Positions 25,226 to 34,846 of a DNA stretch of 64,000 nucleotides are shown piece after piece; position 1 is the first letter of the stretch, and each line of letters starts with the position of its first letter. The position numbers and the translations under genes were made by a program. The notes under the pieces are model-generated. The model worked only from the letters and a program-made list of their open reading frames with translations, did not search any database and was not told the origin of the DNA. The stretch is from Planctomycetota bacterium (lineage in GTDB: Bacteria; Planctomycetota; UBA8742; UBA2392), in the NCBI GenBank assembly GCA_020845475.1, contig JADLFN010000026.1:7080-71079 (forward strand), read 5' to 3'.

Positions 25226-27085
25226 GTGCTGAAGCCGTTTGATTTCTACCGCAAGCCGCCACCCCAGAACTTCCAGCAGATGCTGTCGCGCGTTGTCGCT
25301 TTGGGTCTGGGCGTGTTGGCCATTGGCGGCATGGTCATGGTTTTTTCCGCCTACAGCCGAAGCGAGGTAAAGCAGGAGTGGAAGTGGGAACACCGCGACA
25401 TCCGCCGCAACTTCATGCCGATCTACAGTACGGAAGAGAATGACCGCCGCTTTAAAGAAGAGATCGACAAGACCAGCAAGTCCTTCGGCATGGAGACGCC
25501 TGACGCCCGGCCAAAGCCGCCCGAGAACAAGGAAGGGCCTCGCCTGCCGGGTGAAACAACTCCCCCGCCACGAACACCTGAAGAAGACGCGCCGCCGCCG
25601 GGAGATCCCGCAATAGAGCGCGAGGCGCGTGAGGTCAAACGGTTCCCTGAACTGACCCGGGGCCGCTGGCTCACCGTTGAAGAAGAAGTCGCGAACATTC
25701 CCACCTTCACGCCCTACCAGGATTGGCGCCCGCAGTTTCGCAGCCATTTGAAGTCGGAGTTTGACGCCAACGAAGGAAGGCAGGCCCCCGCTTATGAGCA
25801 ACTTTCCCTCAAGCTGCTGCAGCGGCTGCCCGCCACAGGCAAGCCCGGCCGCGACCAGTGGGACAGCAAGCTGGAGAAAGGCAAGTTCTGGTTCGGAGTC
25901 GGCAAGGAGGCAGTCAACTTCTATCGCGGGCGCGTGTTTGAAGCCGAGGGCCGCCTCTTTGACATCTACGAAGTCAAGCTGAAGCCCGCAGTGGTGCTTT
26001 CAGACGGTACGACCGTCGATCGATACTTCGAAGCTGTGGTTGCCTTTCTTCGACAGGGCAATGGCTTTGATGAAATGGCCGTGCACCAGCAGCAGGTTCT
26101 AGTTCACTTCGCCCAATGCCCCAAATCGTTGGAGCCTTTTCTCAATAGCAAAGGCGCAGTCGGCCACGAGGACGTGTTGTGCAAGCAGTCGGTTTACGTC
26201 AAATTCAGCGGGCTGTACCTCCGGAACTTCATCTACAACCGGCCCGTGGCGCCCTTTCACTCCACAGCCAAACCCGTTTATTGCCAGGCGTTTCTACCCA
26301 TGCTGCTGAGTGCTGATCTAGAGCGCAGCGAGCGTGACACTTACAGCCTCACCGACGAATTGTTGCAGCAGGTGCGTGATTCCACGCGCGAAGACATCAA
26401 TTACGTGCAGGATGAAGCCGCGTATTACGCAACACTGGCTCAGGCCAACATGCCAGGCGATGCGCCCAAGGTAGTACCCGAGATTAACTACTTCGACCTC
26501 GCCAACCAGGAAACGGGACCCAAGTATCGCGGCCAGGGCGTGCGCGTGTTCGGAATGCTGGGCGACAACTACGCACCTGTGATTCTGCCGCCCAACATCA
26601 GCGGCCTGCGACGCGTTTATCGCTGCTATGTGGCCGCGAGCATGACCGACATGGCCACGCCCAATCGCTGGCTTGTGGACATGATCGATCTGCCGCCGGG
26701 CCTCGAGGCGCGCGTCTCGGTGGCATTCAGCGGCCGCTATTATCGCAACGTGTTTGAAACGCAGGACAACCGCTCCATGATCCGGCCCTTGCTGGTTGTG
26801 CACCACGTAGAGCGCCACTACTCCAGCGATACCAGCCAGGACTGGATCTTCGCCGTCGTGCTCACCGGCCTCGCCACTATCATGATCGGTGGCATGGCAT
26901 GGTTCCTGTTCAGCGATCGGCGTGCGAGCAGCAAGTTTGAACAACAGAACATGGCGCGGCTGCGCGAGCGCATCCAGAAACAAGGCGGGTTCAAGCTCAA
27001 GCCCTTGCCAAACGACGCAAAGCCGCCCACGCCACCCGATACACCGCAAGCGGCATTGCCCACCCCTGAGAAACCGAAAGAGTAG
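25226..27085 (+). CDS. large bitopic membrane protein of unknown function
   Basis: 619 aa, GTG start preceded by GGAAGGGGG. N-terminal TM (VVALGLGVLAIGGMVMVF) and C-terminal TM (IFAVVLTGLATIMIGGMAWFLF), with a Pro-rich segment after TM1. Confidence 0.6.
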   Translation: MLKPFDFYRKPPPQNFQQMLSRVVALGLGVLAIGGMVMVFSAYSRSEVKQEWKWEHRDIRRNFMPIYSTEENDRRFKEEIDKTSKSFGMETPDARPKPPENKEGPRLPGETTPPPRTPEEDAPPPGDPAIEREAREVKRFPELTRGRWLTVEEEVANIPTFTPYQDWRPQFRSHLKSEFDANEGRQAPAYEQLSLKLLQRLPATGKPGRDQWDSKLEKGKFWFGVGKEAVNFYRGRVFEAEGRLFDIYEVKLKPAVVLSDGTTVDRYFEAVVAFLRQGNGFDEMAVHQQQVLVHFAQCPKSLEPFLNSKGAVGHEDVLCKQSVYVKFSGLYLRNFIYNRPVAPFHSTAKPVYCQAFLPMLLSADLERSERDTYSLTDELLQQVRDSTREDINYVQDEAAYYATLAQANMPGDAPKVVPEINYFDLANQETGPKYRGQGVRVFGMLGDNYAPVILPPNISGLRRVYRCYVAASMTDMATPNRWLVDMIDLPPGLEARVSVAFSGRYYRNVFETQDNRSMIRPLLVVHHVERHYSSDTSQDWIFAVVLTGLATIMIGGMAWFLFSDRRASSKFEQQNMARLRERIQKQGGFKLKPLPNDAKPPTPPDTPQAALPTPEKPKE

Positions 27086-27117
27086 CAACATCGCGACATG
27101 TGCTGTATTCTCCGGCC

Positions 27118-28203
27118 ATGTCGCAGCGCCTTACAGTCAACCTGACCGGCCATGCCTACGAGATTGCCGTGGGCAAAGGGCTTGCGGCCGAGCTGTCCGG
27201 TGCGCTCATTGCGCTGAATGCGCCGTCACTCCTGCTTGTCACCGATGAAAATGTCGCGAGCCATCACGCGCCAGCTATCGAGAGTCTGCTCGCTTCCATC
27301 GCACCGACGCGGCGCTTTACGCTGCCCGCAGGCGAAGAAAGTAAGCGCATGGCCTTTTTCGCGGCTCTGTGCGAAACCGCACTTTCGCCTCCGGCCCTGG
27401 AGCGAAAGAGTGTGATCGTTGCGCTGGGCGGCGGCATGGTCGGAGACATCGCGGGATTTGCCGCGGCTACGCTGTTGCGCGGCGTGCGCTATGTCCAAGT
27501 GCCAACGTCGCTGCTTGCCATGGTTGATTCCAGCGTCGGCGGCAAGACGGCGATCAATGCGAATGCCGGGAAAAACCTGATTGGCGCGTTCTGGCAGCCC
27601 TCGGCGGTTATTTGCGACCTGGCCTATCTCGATACGCTGCCGGCGCGCGAATACTGCTCTGCCCTGGCCGAAATCGTGAAGTATGGCGTGATCGGCGGAG
27701 AGCCGTCCATCGACATTCTCGAGGCCCACAAAGAGCGCATCAAGGCGCGTGCATCAGGCCCGCTCGAGTCCATCGTGCTTGATTGCCTGCGGCACAAGGC
27801 GCGCGTCGTGGCACAGGACGAACGCGAAACCGGCAGCGCGCGCGTTCTCTTGAACTTCGGACATTCCGTGGCGCACGTGCTGGAAACGTTCTTCCCCCAG
27901 CGCTATCTGCATGGCGAAGCGGTGGCTTTGGGCATGATGGCCGCGCTGCGTGTTTCACGCGCCCATGCCCGGCTCGACAAGCACGCCGTGGGCCGCATCG
28001 AACGGCTGCTCAAGGCGTTCAGCCTGCCGCTGGCGCTTCCGCCGGAGTTGACACGTCAAGACCTGCTTGCAGGGCTTCGTAGCGACAAAAAGCGCGCATC
28101 GGACCGGATTGAGTACGTCGTCACGCCCCGTCTTGGCCAGGCGACCGTGGTATCCCTGCCCATCGACGACGCGCTGGCGTCGCTGATTCTGGAGCCGGCA
28201 TGA
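27118..28203 (+). CDS. aroB: 3-dehydroquinate synthase
   Basis: GGGMVGDIAGFAAATLLRGVRYVQVPTSLLAMVDSSVGGKTAIN is the DHQS signature. Start at ATG 27118. Confidence 0.9.
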   Translation: MSQRLTVNLTGHAYEIAVGKGLAAELSGALIALNAPSLLLVTDENVASHHAPAIESLLASIAPTRRFTLPAGEESKRMAFFAALCETALSPPALERKSVIVALGGGMVGDIAGFAAATLLRGVRYVQVPTSLLAMVDSSVGGKTAINANAGKNLIGAFWQPSAVICDLAYLDTLPAREYCSALAEIVKYGVIGGEPSIDILEAHKERIKARASGPLESIVLDCLRHKARVVAQDERETGSARVLLNFGHSVAHVLETFFPQRYLHGEAVALGMMAALRVSRAHARLDKHAVGRIERLLKAFSLPLALPPELTRQDLLAGLRSDKKRASDRIEYVVTPRLGQATVVSLPIDDALASLILEPA

Positions 28204-29306
28204 ACGAGCTTGAAGCCTCGCTCGCGCTGGTGGTCGCCGAGAAATTCACGCCGCTGGCGATGCGCAATCTGTTCGAGCGTTTCAAGACCGCCACGGCCAT
28301 TGTTGGCGTGAGCAAGGTCGAGTTGCTTTCCGTGCCCAACGTGGCCAAAGCCGCGCCTGACGCGCTGGCCGAGGTCGTGCGCGAGGGCAAGCACCTGCGC
28401 GAGCTCGAAGAATGCCAGAAGCAGGGCGTCGCGCTGCTCACCCTCAGCGACGCGGCTTACCCGCCCGCGCTGAAAACCATTTTCGATCCGCCGCCGCTGC
28501 TTTACCTGCGAGGCACACTCAAGCCCGATGATGCGCTGGCGTTGGCCATCGTGGGTTCGCGCAATGCTTCAACTTACGGGAACGTGCAAGCCACGCGCTT
28601 TGCGCGCGACTTCGTGATGCGCGGCGCCTGCGTGGTCAGCGGCCTGGCGCGCGGGATCGACACCGCGGCGCACAAGGCCGCACTTGAAGCGCGTGGCCGC
28701 ACCATTGCCGTGGTGGGCTCGGGGCTGCTCGATATCTACCCACCTGAGAATGAACGCCTCGTGCGCCAGATTGCGGAGCAAGGCGCGGTGCTCAGTGAAT
28801 TCCCGCTGCACACGCCGGGCGTGGCGCGCAATTTTCCACGGCGCAACCGCATCATAAGCGGACTTTCGCTGGGTGTACTCGTAGCCGAGGCCAACGTGCG
28901 TTCAGGTTCGCTGATAACCGCGCGCACCGCCGCCGAACAAGGCCGCGAGGTCTTCGCAATTCCCGGCAAAGTAGACAGCGAAAACAGCCGAGGCTGCCAC
29001 AAGCTGATTAAAGAAGGTGTGCATCTCGTCGAAGAACCCGCCGATGTTTACGCCCACATCGCAGCCATGAAGAACCTGCCGCGCGGCGACGAAGCGCCCG
29101 CCAAGCCCAAGTTGCCGCCCGGTCTGTCCCCCACCGAAGCCGCGCTGTATGCACTGCTGCGACCAAGCGACCCGATAACGGGTGAGGAACTGATCGACAA
29201 AACGGGCCTGCCCGCGCCGCAGGTTTCAAGCGGCCTGCTAACGCTCGAACTCAAGCGCCTGGCCAAGTGCCTGCCGGGCAAGAAGTTCATTCGCCTCGAC
29301 GCCTGA
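28200..29306 (+). CDS. dprA: DNA-processing protein DprA (Smf)
   Basis: IVGSRNAS..G...A......G..VVSGLARGIDTAAHKAALEARGRTIAVVGSGLLDIYPPEN. 4-nt overlap with aroB. Confidence 0.9.
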   Translation: MNELEASLALVVAEKFTPLAMRNLFERFKTATAIVGVSKVELLSVPNVAKAAPDALAEVVREGKHLRELEECQKQGVALLTLSDAAYPPALKTIFDPPPLLYLRGTLKPDDALALAIVGSRNASTYGNVQATRFARDFVMRGACVVSGLARGIDTAAHKAALEARGRTIAVVGSGLLDIYPPENERLVRQIAEQGAVLSEFPLHTPGVARNFPRRNRIISGLSLGVLVAEANVRSGSLITARTAAEQGREVFAIPGKVDSENSRGCHKLIKEGVHLVEEPADVYAHIAAMKNLPRGDEAPAKPKLPPGLSPTEAALYALLRPSDPITGEELIDKTGLPAPQVSSGLLTLELKRLAKCLPGKKFIRLDA

Positions 29307-29348
29307 CGCGCCCCTTCGCGACTCGCGCGCCGCTGCTATAACTCTCGC

Positions 29349-31193
29349 ATGGAGCCCTTTCTCGACGCCCTGAAAAAACGCGTGCTCGTTGGCGATGGCG
29401 CCTACGGCACGCTGTTCTCGCGCCGCGGGCTCTCAACGCCGGGGCTGATTTCGCCGCTGCTCAATCTGGCCAAACCCGGCTTCGTCAAGGCCATCCACGA
29501 AGAATATCTGCGCGCCGGCGCGGATGTAATCGAGACGAACACGTTTGGCGCTTCGCGCCCCGTGCTTGAAGCGGCGGGCATGGGCGAGCGCGCGCGCGAC
29601 GTGTGGGTCAAGGGCGCGCAAATCGCGCGCGACGCCGCCAATGGCAAAGCCTGGGTGCTGGGCAGCATCGGGCCCCTGGGCCGCGTCGGATTGAAACTTA
29701 CGCCCGAAGAACGGCAGGCCGCCTACGCCGAGCAGGCGCGCGGCTTGGCGGAAGGCGGCGTGGACGCGATTTTGTTTGAAACATTTTCGGATCTCGAGGA
29801 CATCTCCCTCGCGATTGCCGGCGGCAAAGAAGCAGCGCCGAGCACACCGCTGATGGCGCAAATGGCGTTCTCGATAGCGGGCACGACCACCAGCGGCGTC
29901 TCGCCGGAAACGATGCTCGATGCGCTCACCAAGCTGCGCATCGACGTGATTGGCGCCAACTGCGGCGGCGGCGAAAGTGCGGCGATAGAGGTCATACGGC
30001 GCATCGCGCAACGCACCAGCATGCCGATCAGCGTGTATCCCAACCGCGGGTTGGCTGATTTCGACGAAAACGGAAGGCCCATCTACATCGAAGGCGCAGA
30101 TTACTTCGCCAAGAGCGCTCGGCGGCTGGCCGACCTCGGCGCGAATCTGATAGGCGGCTGTTGCGGCACGGGCCCGGAGGAGATCAAGAAACTCAAGGCG
30201 CTTCTGGCCGGTCGCCTCGTTAGCGCGCGCCACCCCGCCGCAGCCTCGAGCGGCAAACGCGCCGCCGTGCGCCACGCGACGCTTAAAGTGCAGAAGACGC
30301 TGGGCGTGGAACTCGCGCGCGGCGGAGTCGTTGTTGCCGAAATCGACCCGCCCCGCGGCGTCGATGCCACCGAGCAACTCGAAGGCGCCAAGAAGGTGAC
30401 AGCTGCGGGCGTTGACGCAATCACGATCGCCGACAACGCGCTGAGCGTGATGCGCATGGGCAACCTCGCGTTGGCGCAACTGTTCATGCGCGAACTCAGC
30501 GCCCGCATCATCCTCCACGTGGCCTGCCGCGACCGATCGCTGATGGGCACGCAGTCCCATCTGCTGGCCGCCTATGCGATGGGAATCTCGAATATCCTCG
30601 CCGTCACGGGCGACCCCATTGCCACGCAGGCGCACCAAGGCAGCTCGGGCGTATTTGACATGAGCAGCACGAAGTTGATTGAGCTGATTTCGCGCATCAA
30701 TCGCGGCGAATTCACAGCCGAGGCCGACGGCGACTTGCGCACCAACTTTTACATTGGCGCGGCCTTCAACAGCGCCACGCGCTCGCTCGAGAACGAGACC
30801 AAGCGCCTGGAGCGAAAGAAACAGTCGGGCGCGGGCTTTGTTATGACGCAACCTGTGTTCAGTGTTGAAGCTGCGCGCGCAGTGGCCAACACGATTGCGC
30901 CGTTGAACATGCCGGTGCTGCTGGGTGTGATGCCCCTGGTGAGCGAGCGCAACGCCGAGTTTCTGCACAACGAGGTGCCCGGCATCCAGATTCCGGAAAG
31001 CGTGCGCGCACGCATGGCCGGCAAGAGCGGCAAAGCAGGCCGCGCCGAAGGCATGGCGATCGCGCGCGAAATGATGGAGCAGGTTTCGGAGCAGGTCGCC
31101 GGTTTCTACCTGATCACGCCCTTTGACCGTTACGACATGATCGCCGAACTCGCCAAAGCCGCCAAGTCTTTACGCGTCAAGGCCCGCGCATGA
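29349..31193 (+). CDS. bifunctional homocysteine S-methyltransferase / 5,10-methylenetetrahydrofolate reductase
   Basis: 614 aa. The N-terminal Hcy-binding domain (GDGAYGT..., ETNTFGAS, GANCGGG, GGCCGTGP) is fused to a MetF-like C-terminal half (ITIADN..., TQPVFS). Confidence 0.85.
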   Translation: MEPFLDALKKRVLVGDGAYGTLFSRRGLSTPGLISPLLNLAKPGFVKAIHEEYLRAGADVIETNTFGASRPVLEAAGMGERARDVWVKGAQIARDAANGKAWVLGSIGPLGRVGLKLTPEERQAAYAEQARGLAEGGVDAILFETFSDLEDISLAIAGGKEAAPSTPLMAQMAFSIAGTTTSGVSPETMLDALTKLRIDVIGANCGGGESAAIEVIRRIAQRTSMPISVYPNRGLADFDENGRPIYIEGADYFAKSARRLADLGANLIGGCCGTGPEEIKKLKALLAGRLVSARHPAAASSGKRAAVRHATLKVQKTLGVELARGGVVVAEIDPPRGVDATEQLEGAKKVTAAGVDAITIADNALSVMRMGNLALAQLFMRELSARIILHVACRDRSLMGTQSHLLAAYAMGISNILAVTGDPIATQAHQGSSGVFDMSSTKLIELISRINRGEFTAEADGDLRTNFYIGAAFNSATRSLENETKRLERKKQSGAGFVMTQPVFSVEAARAVANTIAPLNMPVLLGVMPLVSERNAEFLHNEVPGIQIPESVRARMAGKSGKAGRAEGMAIAREMMEQVSEQVAGFYLITPFDRYDMIAELAKAAKSLRVKARA

Positions 31194-31858
31194 ACTGGCT
31201 ATGGATTGGCGCTACTTTCGCCGCCGCTTACCTGGTAGGCGGCATTCCCTTTGGACTCGTTGCCGGCAAGCTCAAGGGCATCGATATTCGCGAACACGGC
31301 AGCAAGAACATTGGGGCAACCAATGCCGGGCGCGTGCTCGGTCGCCCGTGGTTTTTCATCGTGCTTGCTCTTGATGCGCTCAAGGGCGCGGCTTGCGCGC
31401 TTGCGGGGCATTACCTTGCACGCGAGGGCGCTGACCTTGCGCTGGCCGGCGGCGTGGGCGCGATTGTCGGCCATTTCTTTTCGATCTTTCTGAGGTTCAA
31501 GGGCGGCAAGGGCGTTGCCGCCGGGCTTGGTGTCGTGCTCGTGCTGGCTCACCCGCCCGCGACCGTTGTGCCCTATGCCGCGTTTGTGGCGCTTGGAATC
31601 TTTGTGCTCACGTTGGCAATCACGCGCTGGGTGAGCGCTTCGAGTATCATGGCCGCGCTGGCGCTGCCTATTGCCTACGGCCTGTGGCTTGGCGAGGCGA
31701 TTGGTGATTCGTTCTACCTGACGAGGCTGCTATTCTTTGCGCTGGTAGGCGGCGCCGTTATCGTGAAACATCGCGCCAACATCGGGCGTATTTTCGCGGG
31801 CAAAGAGCCTCGCCTGGGTGAAAGCAGACCACTGCCGATGCCAGAGGTGAAAACGTGA
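31190..31858 (+). CDS. plsY: glycerol-3-phosphate acyltransferase PlsY
   Basis: GSKNIGATNAGRVLG, FKGGKGVA. Confidence 0.9.
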   Translation: MNWLWIGATFAAAYLVGGIPFGLVAGKLKGIDIREHGSKNIGATNAGRVLGRPWFFIVLALDALKGAACALAGHYLAREGADLALAGGVGAIVGHFFSIFLRFKGGKGVAAGLGVVLVLAHPPATVVPYAAFVALGIFVLTLAITRWVSASSIMAALALPIAYGLWLGEAIGDSFYLTRLLFFALVGGAVIVKHRANIGRIFAGKEPRLGESRPLPMPEVKT

Positions 31859-32838
31859 GCCAGCGTGTTCTCATCGTGGGCGCGGGCGGCTGGGGCACGG
31901 CAATGGCCGCGCTGCTGGCCCAGGGCGGCGCGCAAGTCACGCTGCTGGCGCATCGCGAAGCGCACGCGCTTGAGCTCAAGCAGACGCGCGAAAACCATCT
32001 GCTCAAGGGCGTGAAAATCCCCCAAGGCGTTGATCCGGTTGCAAGCGTTACTGATTTCGCCGTCTTTGACTGGTGCTTCTGCGCCGTCCCCACCCGATTT
32101 GTGCGCTCGATGTTTGTGCCGCTGGCCGCGCACTACCCGCGCGAATTGCCGCTTGTCAGCCTTACCAAGGGCATCGAGCAGCAGTCGCTGCTGTTTCCGA
32201 GCACGTTGCTCAAACAAGTACTTGGCGCAAAGCACATGCTCGCGCTCTCCGGCCCCAGCCACGCCGAAGAAGTCGCGCGCGGCTTGCCCGCAAGCGTGGT
32301 GATTGCGGGCGATGGCGTCCATGCCGAGGCCGCGCAGAAGCTGGTCAGCGGCAAAACTTTCCGTGCCTATGCAAGCGATGACCTGCTGGGAGTGGAGCTT
32401 GCAGGCGCAGCCAAAAACGTGGTCGCGATTGCCGCGGGTATCCTCGAAGGCTTGAAGTTCGGCGATAACGCCAAAGCCGCGTTGATTGCGCGCGGTTTGG
32501 CTGAAATCACGCGGCTGGGCGTAGCGCTTGGCGCCAAGGAGCGGACGTTCTACGGGCTCAGCGGCGTGGGCGACCTGTACACCACTTGCGCGTCGCCGCA
32601 CGGCCGAAACCGCGCATTTGGTGTGCGTGTCGGCAAGGGTGAGACACCGTCGGAAATCATTGCGTCGCAGGAGATGGAAGTTGAGGGTTACAATACGGCC
32701 AAGGCGCTGAAAGCGCTGGCAGCGCGTGCAGGCGTTGAAATGCCTATCGTGGAACAGGCCTGCCGCGTGTTATATGAAGGCGCAAATCCGCGTGATGCCG
32801 TCATTGAATTGATGACGCGCAACCTCAAGGCGGAGTGA
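31855..32838 (+). CDS. gpsA: NAD(P)H-dependent glycerol-3-phosphate dehydrogenase
   Basis: VLIVGAGGWGTAMA Rossmann motif, GAAKNVVAIAAG, GLSGVGDLYTTC. Confidence 0.9.
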   Translation: MSQRVLIVGAGGWGTAMAALLAQGGAQVTLLAHREAHALELKQTRENHLLKGVKIPQGVDPVASVTDFAVFDWCFCAVPTRFVRSMFVPLAAHYPRELPLVSLTKGIEQQSLLFPSTLLKQVLGAKHMLALSGPSHAEEVARGLPASVVIAGDGVHAEAAQKLVSGKTFRAYASDDLLGVELAGAAKNVVAIAAGILEGLKFGDNAKAALIARGLAEITRLGVALGAKERTFYGLSGVGDLYTTCASPHGRNRAFGVRVGKGETPSEIIASQEMEVEGYNTAKALKALAARAGVEMPIVEQACRVLYEGANPRDAVIELMTRNLKAE

Positions 32839-32863
32839 ACGGGCCGGGCGACCAGGAAGCGGA

Positions 32864-33889
32864 ATGATTACCTGCCGCAATTGTTCGCAGTCCTACGACG
32901 AAACAAATGAGTCGTGCCCGCATTGCGGCTACAAGCCGCGCGTCATGGGCGAACTTGCACCCAAGGGCACGGCCATTCGCCGCCAACAGGCGATTGCCAG
33001 AGCGCGCGGCTTGGCCACGCCGCCGCCAGAAACGCGCGAGATTCCCGCCGCGACGGTTCCGCCGCTGCCGGTTGCGCCCGCCAGGCCGGCCGCCACAGAA
33101 CGCACCAAGACTGATCCCGGGCTGATACCGATTTCGACAGATCAAGACGCACCTCCTTCGCCATATGAAGCGCTTGCCAATGACCTGCGCAAGGAATTGG
33201 ACACGCGAGGCCGTCTGGTCTGGTGGGTCAACAACAACATACCGACCGAGCGCGTAAAGGAACTCTTGCAAGCCGCGTCACATGGTGACGCTCACGCCAT
33301 GCTGTTGTTGGGCGTCGCGCTCTTTGCGCGTTCGACAGATCGCGCTTCGCTTCGGGAATCGATTGTGTGGCTTCAGCAAGCGGCGAACTACGGCAGCGGT
33401 CACGCCAGTTGCGCTTTGGGAGTTATCTACCAGGGCGTCACAGGCATGGCAGCCAACCCAGCCGTCGCGCGCGGACACTACGAGAAAGCCGCGGCCTTGG
33501 GTGTGGCAATGGCAAGCAACAACCTTGGCAGCATGTACGAGCAGGGTCAAGGTGTGCTTGTGGACGCGGCCAAAGCCCGTGCGCTATTCTTGGCGGCCGC
33601 GAACAAGGGACTGGCACTCGGCATGTTCAACGCCGGCCGCTGTATGCTGGAGAGCATCGGCGGGCCCGCTGATTCCAAGAAGGCAATGGATTGGATTACC
33701 CGCGCTGCCGATGGCGGCGAGCCAAGCGCCATGGTGGTTGCAGCCAAGGCATATTTTACGGGCAATGGCGCGGCCATGGATCGCTACAAAGCGGGCCACC
33801 TGTTGAACAAGGCGGCCGACGCAGGCTCTACGGAAGCGGAAAAGCTTCTTGCCGAATTCAAACTTCAACGCGCCAAGAAATCACAGTAG
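32864..33889 (+). CDS. zinc-ribbon plus Sel1-like repeat (SLR) protein
   Basis: N-terminal CRNCSQSY..CPHCG, a Pro-rich linker, then repeated A..G...A...LG..Y..G.GV units (Sel1 repeats). Confidence 0.75.
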   Translation: MITCRNCSQSYDETNESCPHCGYKPRVMGELAPKGTAIRRQQAIARARGLATPPPETREIPAATVPPLPVAPARPAATERTKTDPGLIPISTDQDAPPSPYEALANDLRKELDTRGRLVWWVNNNIPTERVKELLQAASHGDAHAMLLLGVALFARSTDRASLRESIVWLQQAANYGSGHASCALGVIYQGVTGMAANPAVARGHYEKAAALGVAMASNNLGSMYEQGQGVLVDAAKARALFLAAANKGLALGMFNAGRCMLESIGGPADSKKAMDWITRAADGGEPSAMVVAAKAYFTGNGAAMDRYKAGHLLNKAADAGSTEAEKLLAEFKLQRAKKSQ

Positions 33890-34801
33890 TTCGCGCGCGG
33901 CCTTGAGAATGCCGGCTGTGTCGATGCCGTACTTCTTCCACAGGTCGGCAATCTTGCCGCTTTCGCCGAACGTGTCCTGAGTGCCCACAAAGCGCATGGG
34001 CGTGGGATGCAGCTTTGCAAGCGCTTCCGCACAGGCCGAACCGAGCCCGCCAATTACGTTGTGTTCTTCGCAGGTGACGATGCGTTTGCAGCGCTCGGCG
34101 AGTTTTGCAAGCGTTTCACTATCCAACGGCTTGACGGTATGGAAATCGGCCACGCTGGCCTGTACGCCTTGCTTGGCCAGCTCGTCGGCGGCTTCAAGGG
34201 CGAACGCCACGCAAGGGCCGTTGGCAATCAGCGCAATATCTTTGCCGTCGCGCAGGATGTTGGCTTTGCCAATCTTGAACTCAAATTCTTTGTCGTAAAC
34301 CACTTTCACGGCCGGGCGACCCAGGCGCAAATAAACCGGGCCCACATGCGCGGCTACGGCCTTGGTGGCCCGGTAGGCGCTGGCGTAATCGGCGGGCACG
34401 ACCACCGCCATGCCGGGAATAACGCGCATGACGCAAACGTCTTCGAGCGCTTGATGGCTGGCACCGTCTTCACCCACGCCAAGACCGCTGTGTGTGCAGG
34501 CAATTTTGACGTTGAGCCTGGGGTAGCCCACAGTGTTGCGCACGCTCTCCCAAGCGCGACCCGTGCCGAAAATGGCGAACGTGGTCGCAAACGGAATCTT
34601 GCCGACGGTGGCCATGCCGGCGGCGACATCGACCATGTTGGCCTCGGCGATGCCCATCTGGAAAAAGCGATTGGGGAACTCCTTGGCAAAGGCGCCGGTC
34701 TTCACGCTCTCGCCGAGGTCGGCTGTCAGCGCAACCACGTTGGGATTTTCACGTCCGAGTTCGAGCAGGGCTTGTCCAAAGGCGTCGCGCGTAGCTTTCA
34801 T
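33881..34801 (-). CDS. transketolase family protein, C-terminal (pyrimidine-binding) subunit
   Basis: 306 aa. TRDAFGQALLELGRENPNVVALTADLGESVKT...FFQMGIAEANMV is typical of the split-transketolase B subunit. Confidence 0.85.
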   Translation of the reverse strand: MKATRDAFGQALLELGRENPNVVALTADLGESVKTGAFAKEFPNRFFQMGIAEANMVDVAAGMATVGKIPFATTFAIFGTGRAWESVRNTVGYPRLNVKIACTHSGLGVGEDGASHQALEDVCVMRVIPGMAVVVPADYASAYRATKAVAAHVGPVYLRLGRPAVKVVYDKEFEFKIGKANILRDGKDIALIANGPCVAFALEAADELAKQGVQASVADFHTVKPLDSETLAKLAERCKRIVTCEEHNVIGGLGSACAEALAKLHPTPMRFVGTQDTFGESGKIADLWKKYGIDTAGILKAARELL

Positions 34802-34846
34802 GTCAGGCTCCAGGGCGCAAACACAGTAGGCCCGCGCCTGCGGACT

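Noticed and set aside
23724-25262. 512-aa minus-strand ORF
   Set aside because: It is antisense to three co-oriented plus-strand genes, including a canonical FHA domain. It has no recognisable domain.
29433-30968. 511-aa minus-strand ORF
   Set aside because: It is antisense to the homocysteine methyltransferase/MTHFR gene and is a low-complexity Arg/Ala/Gly mirror ORF.
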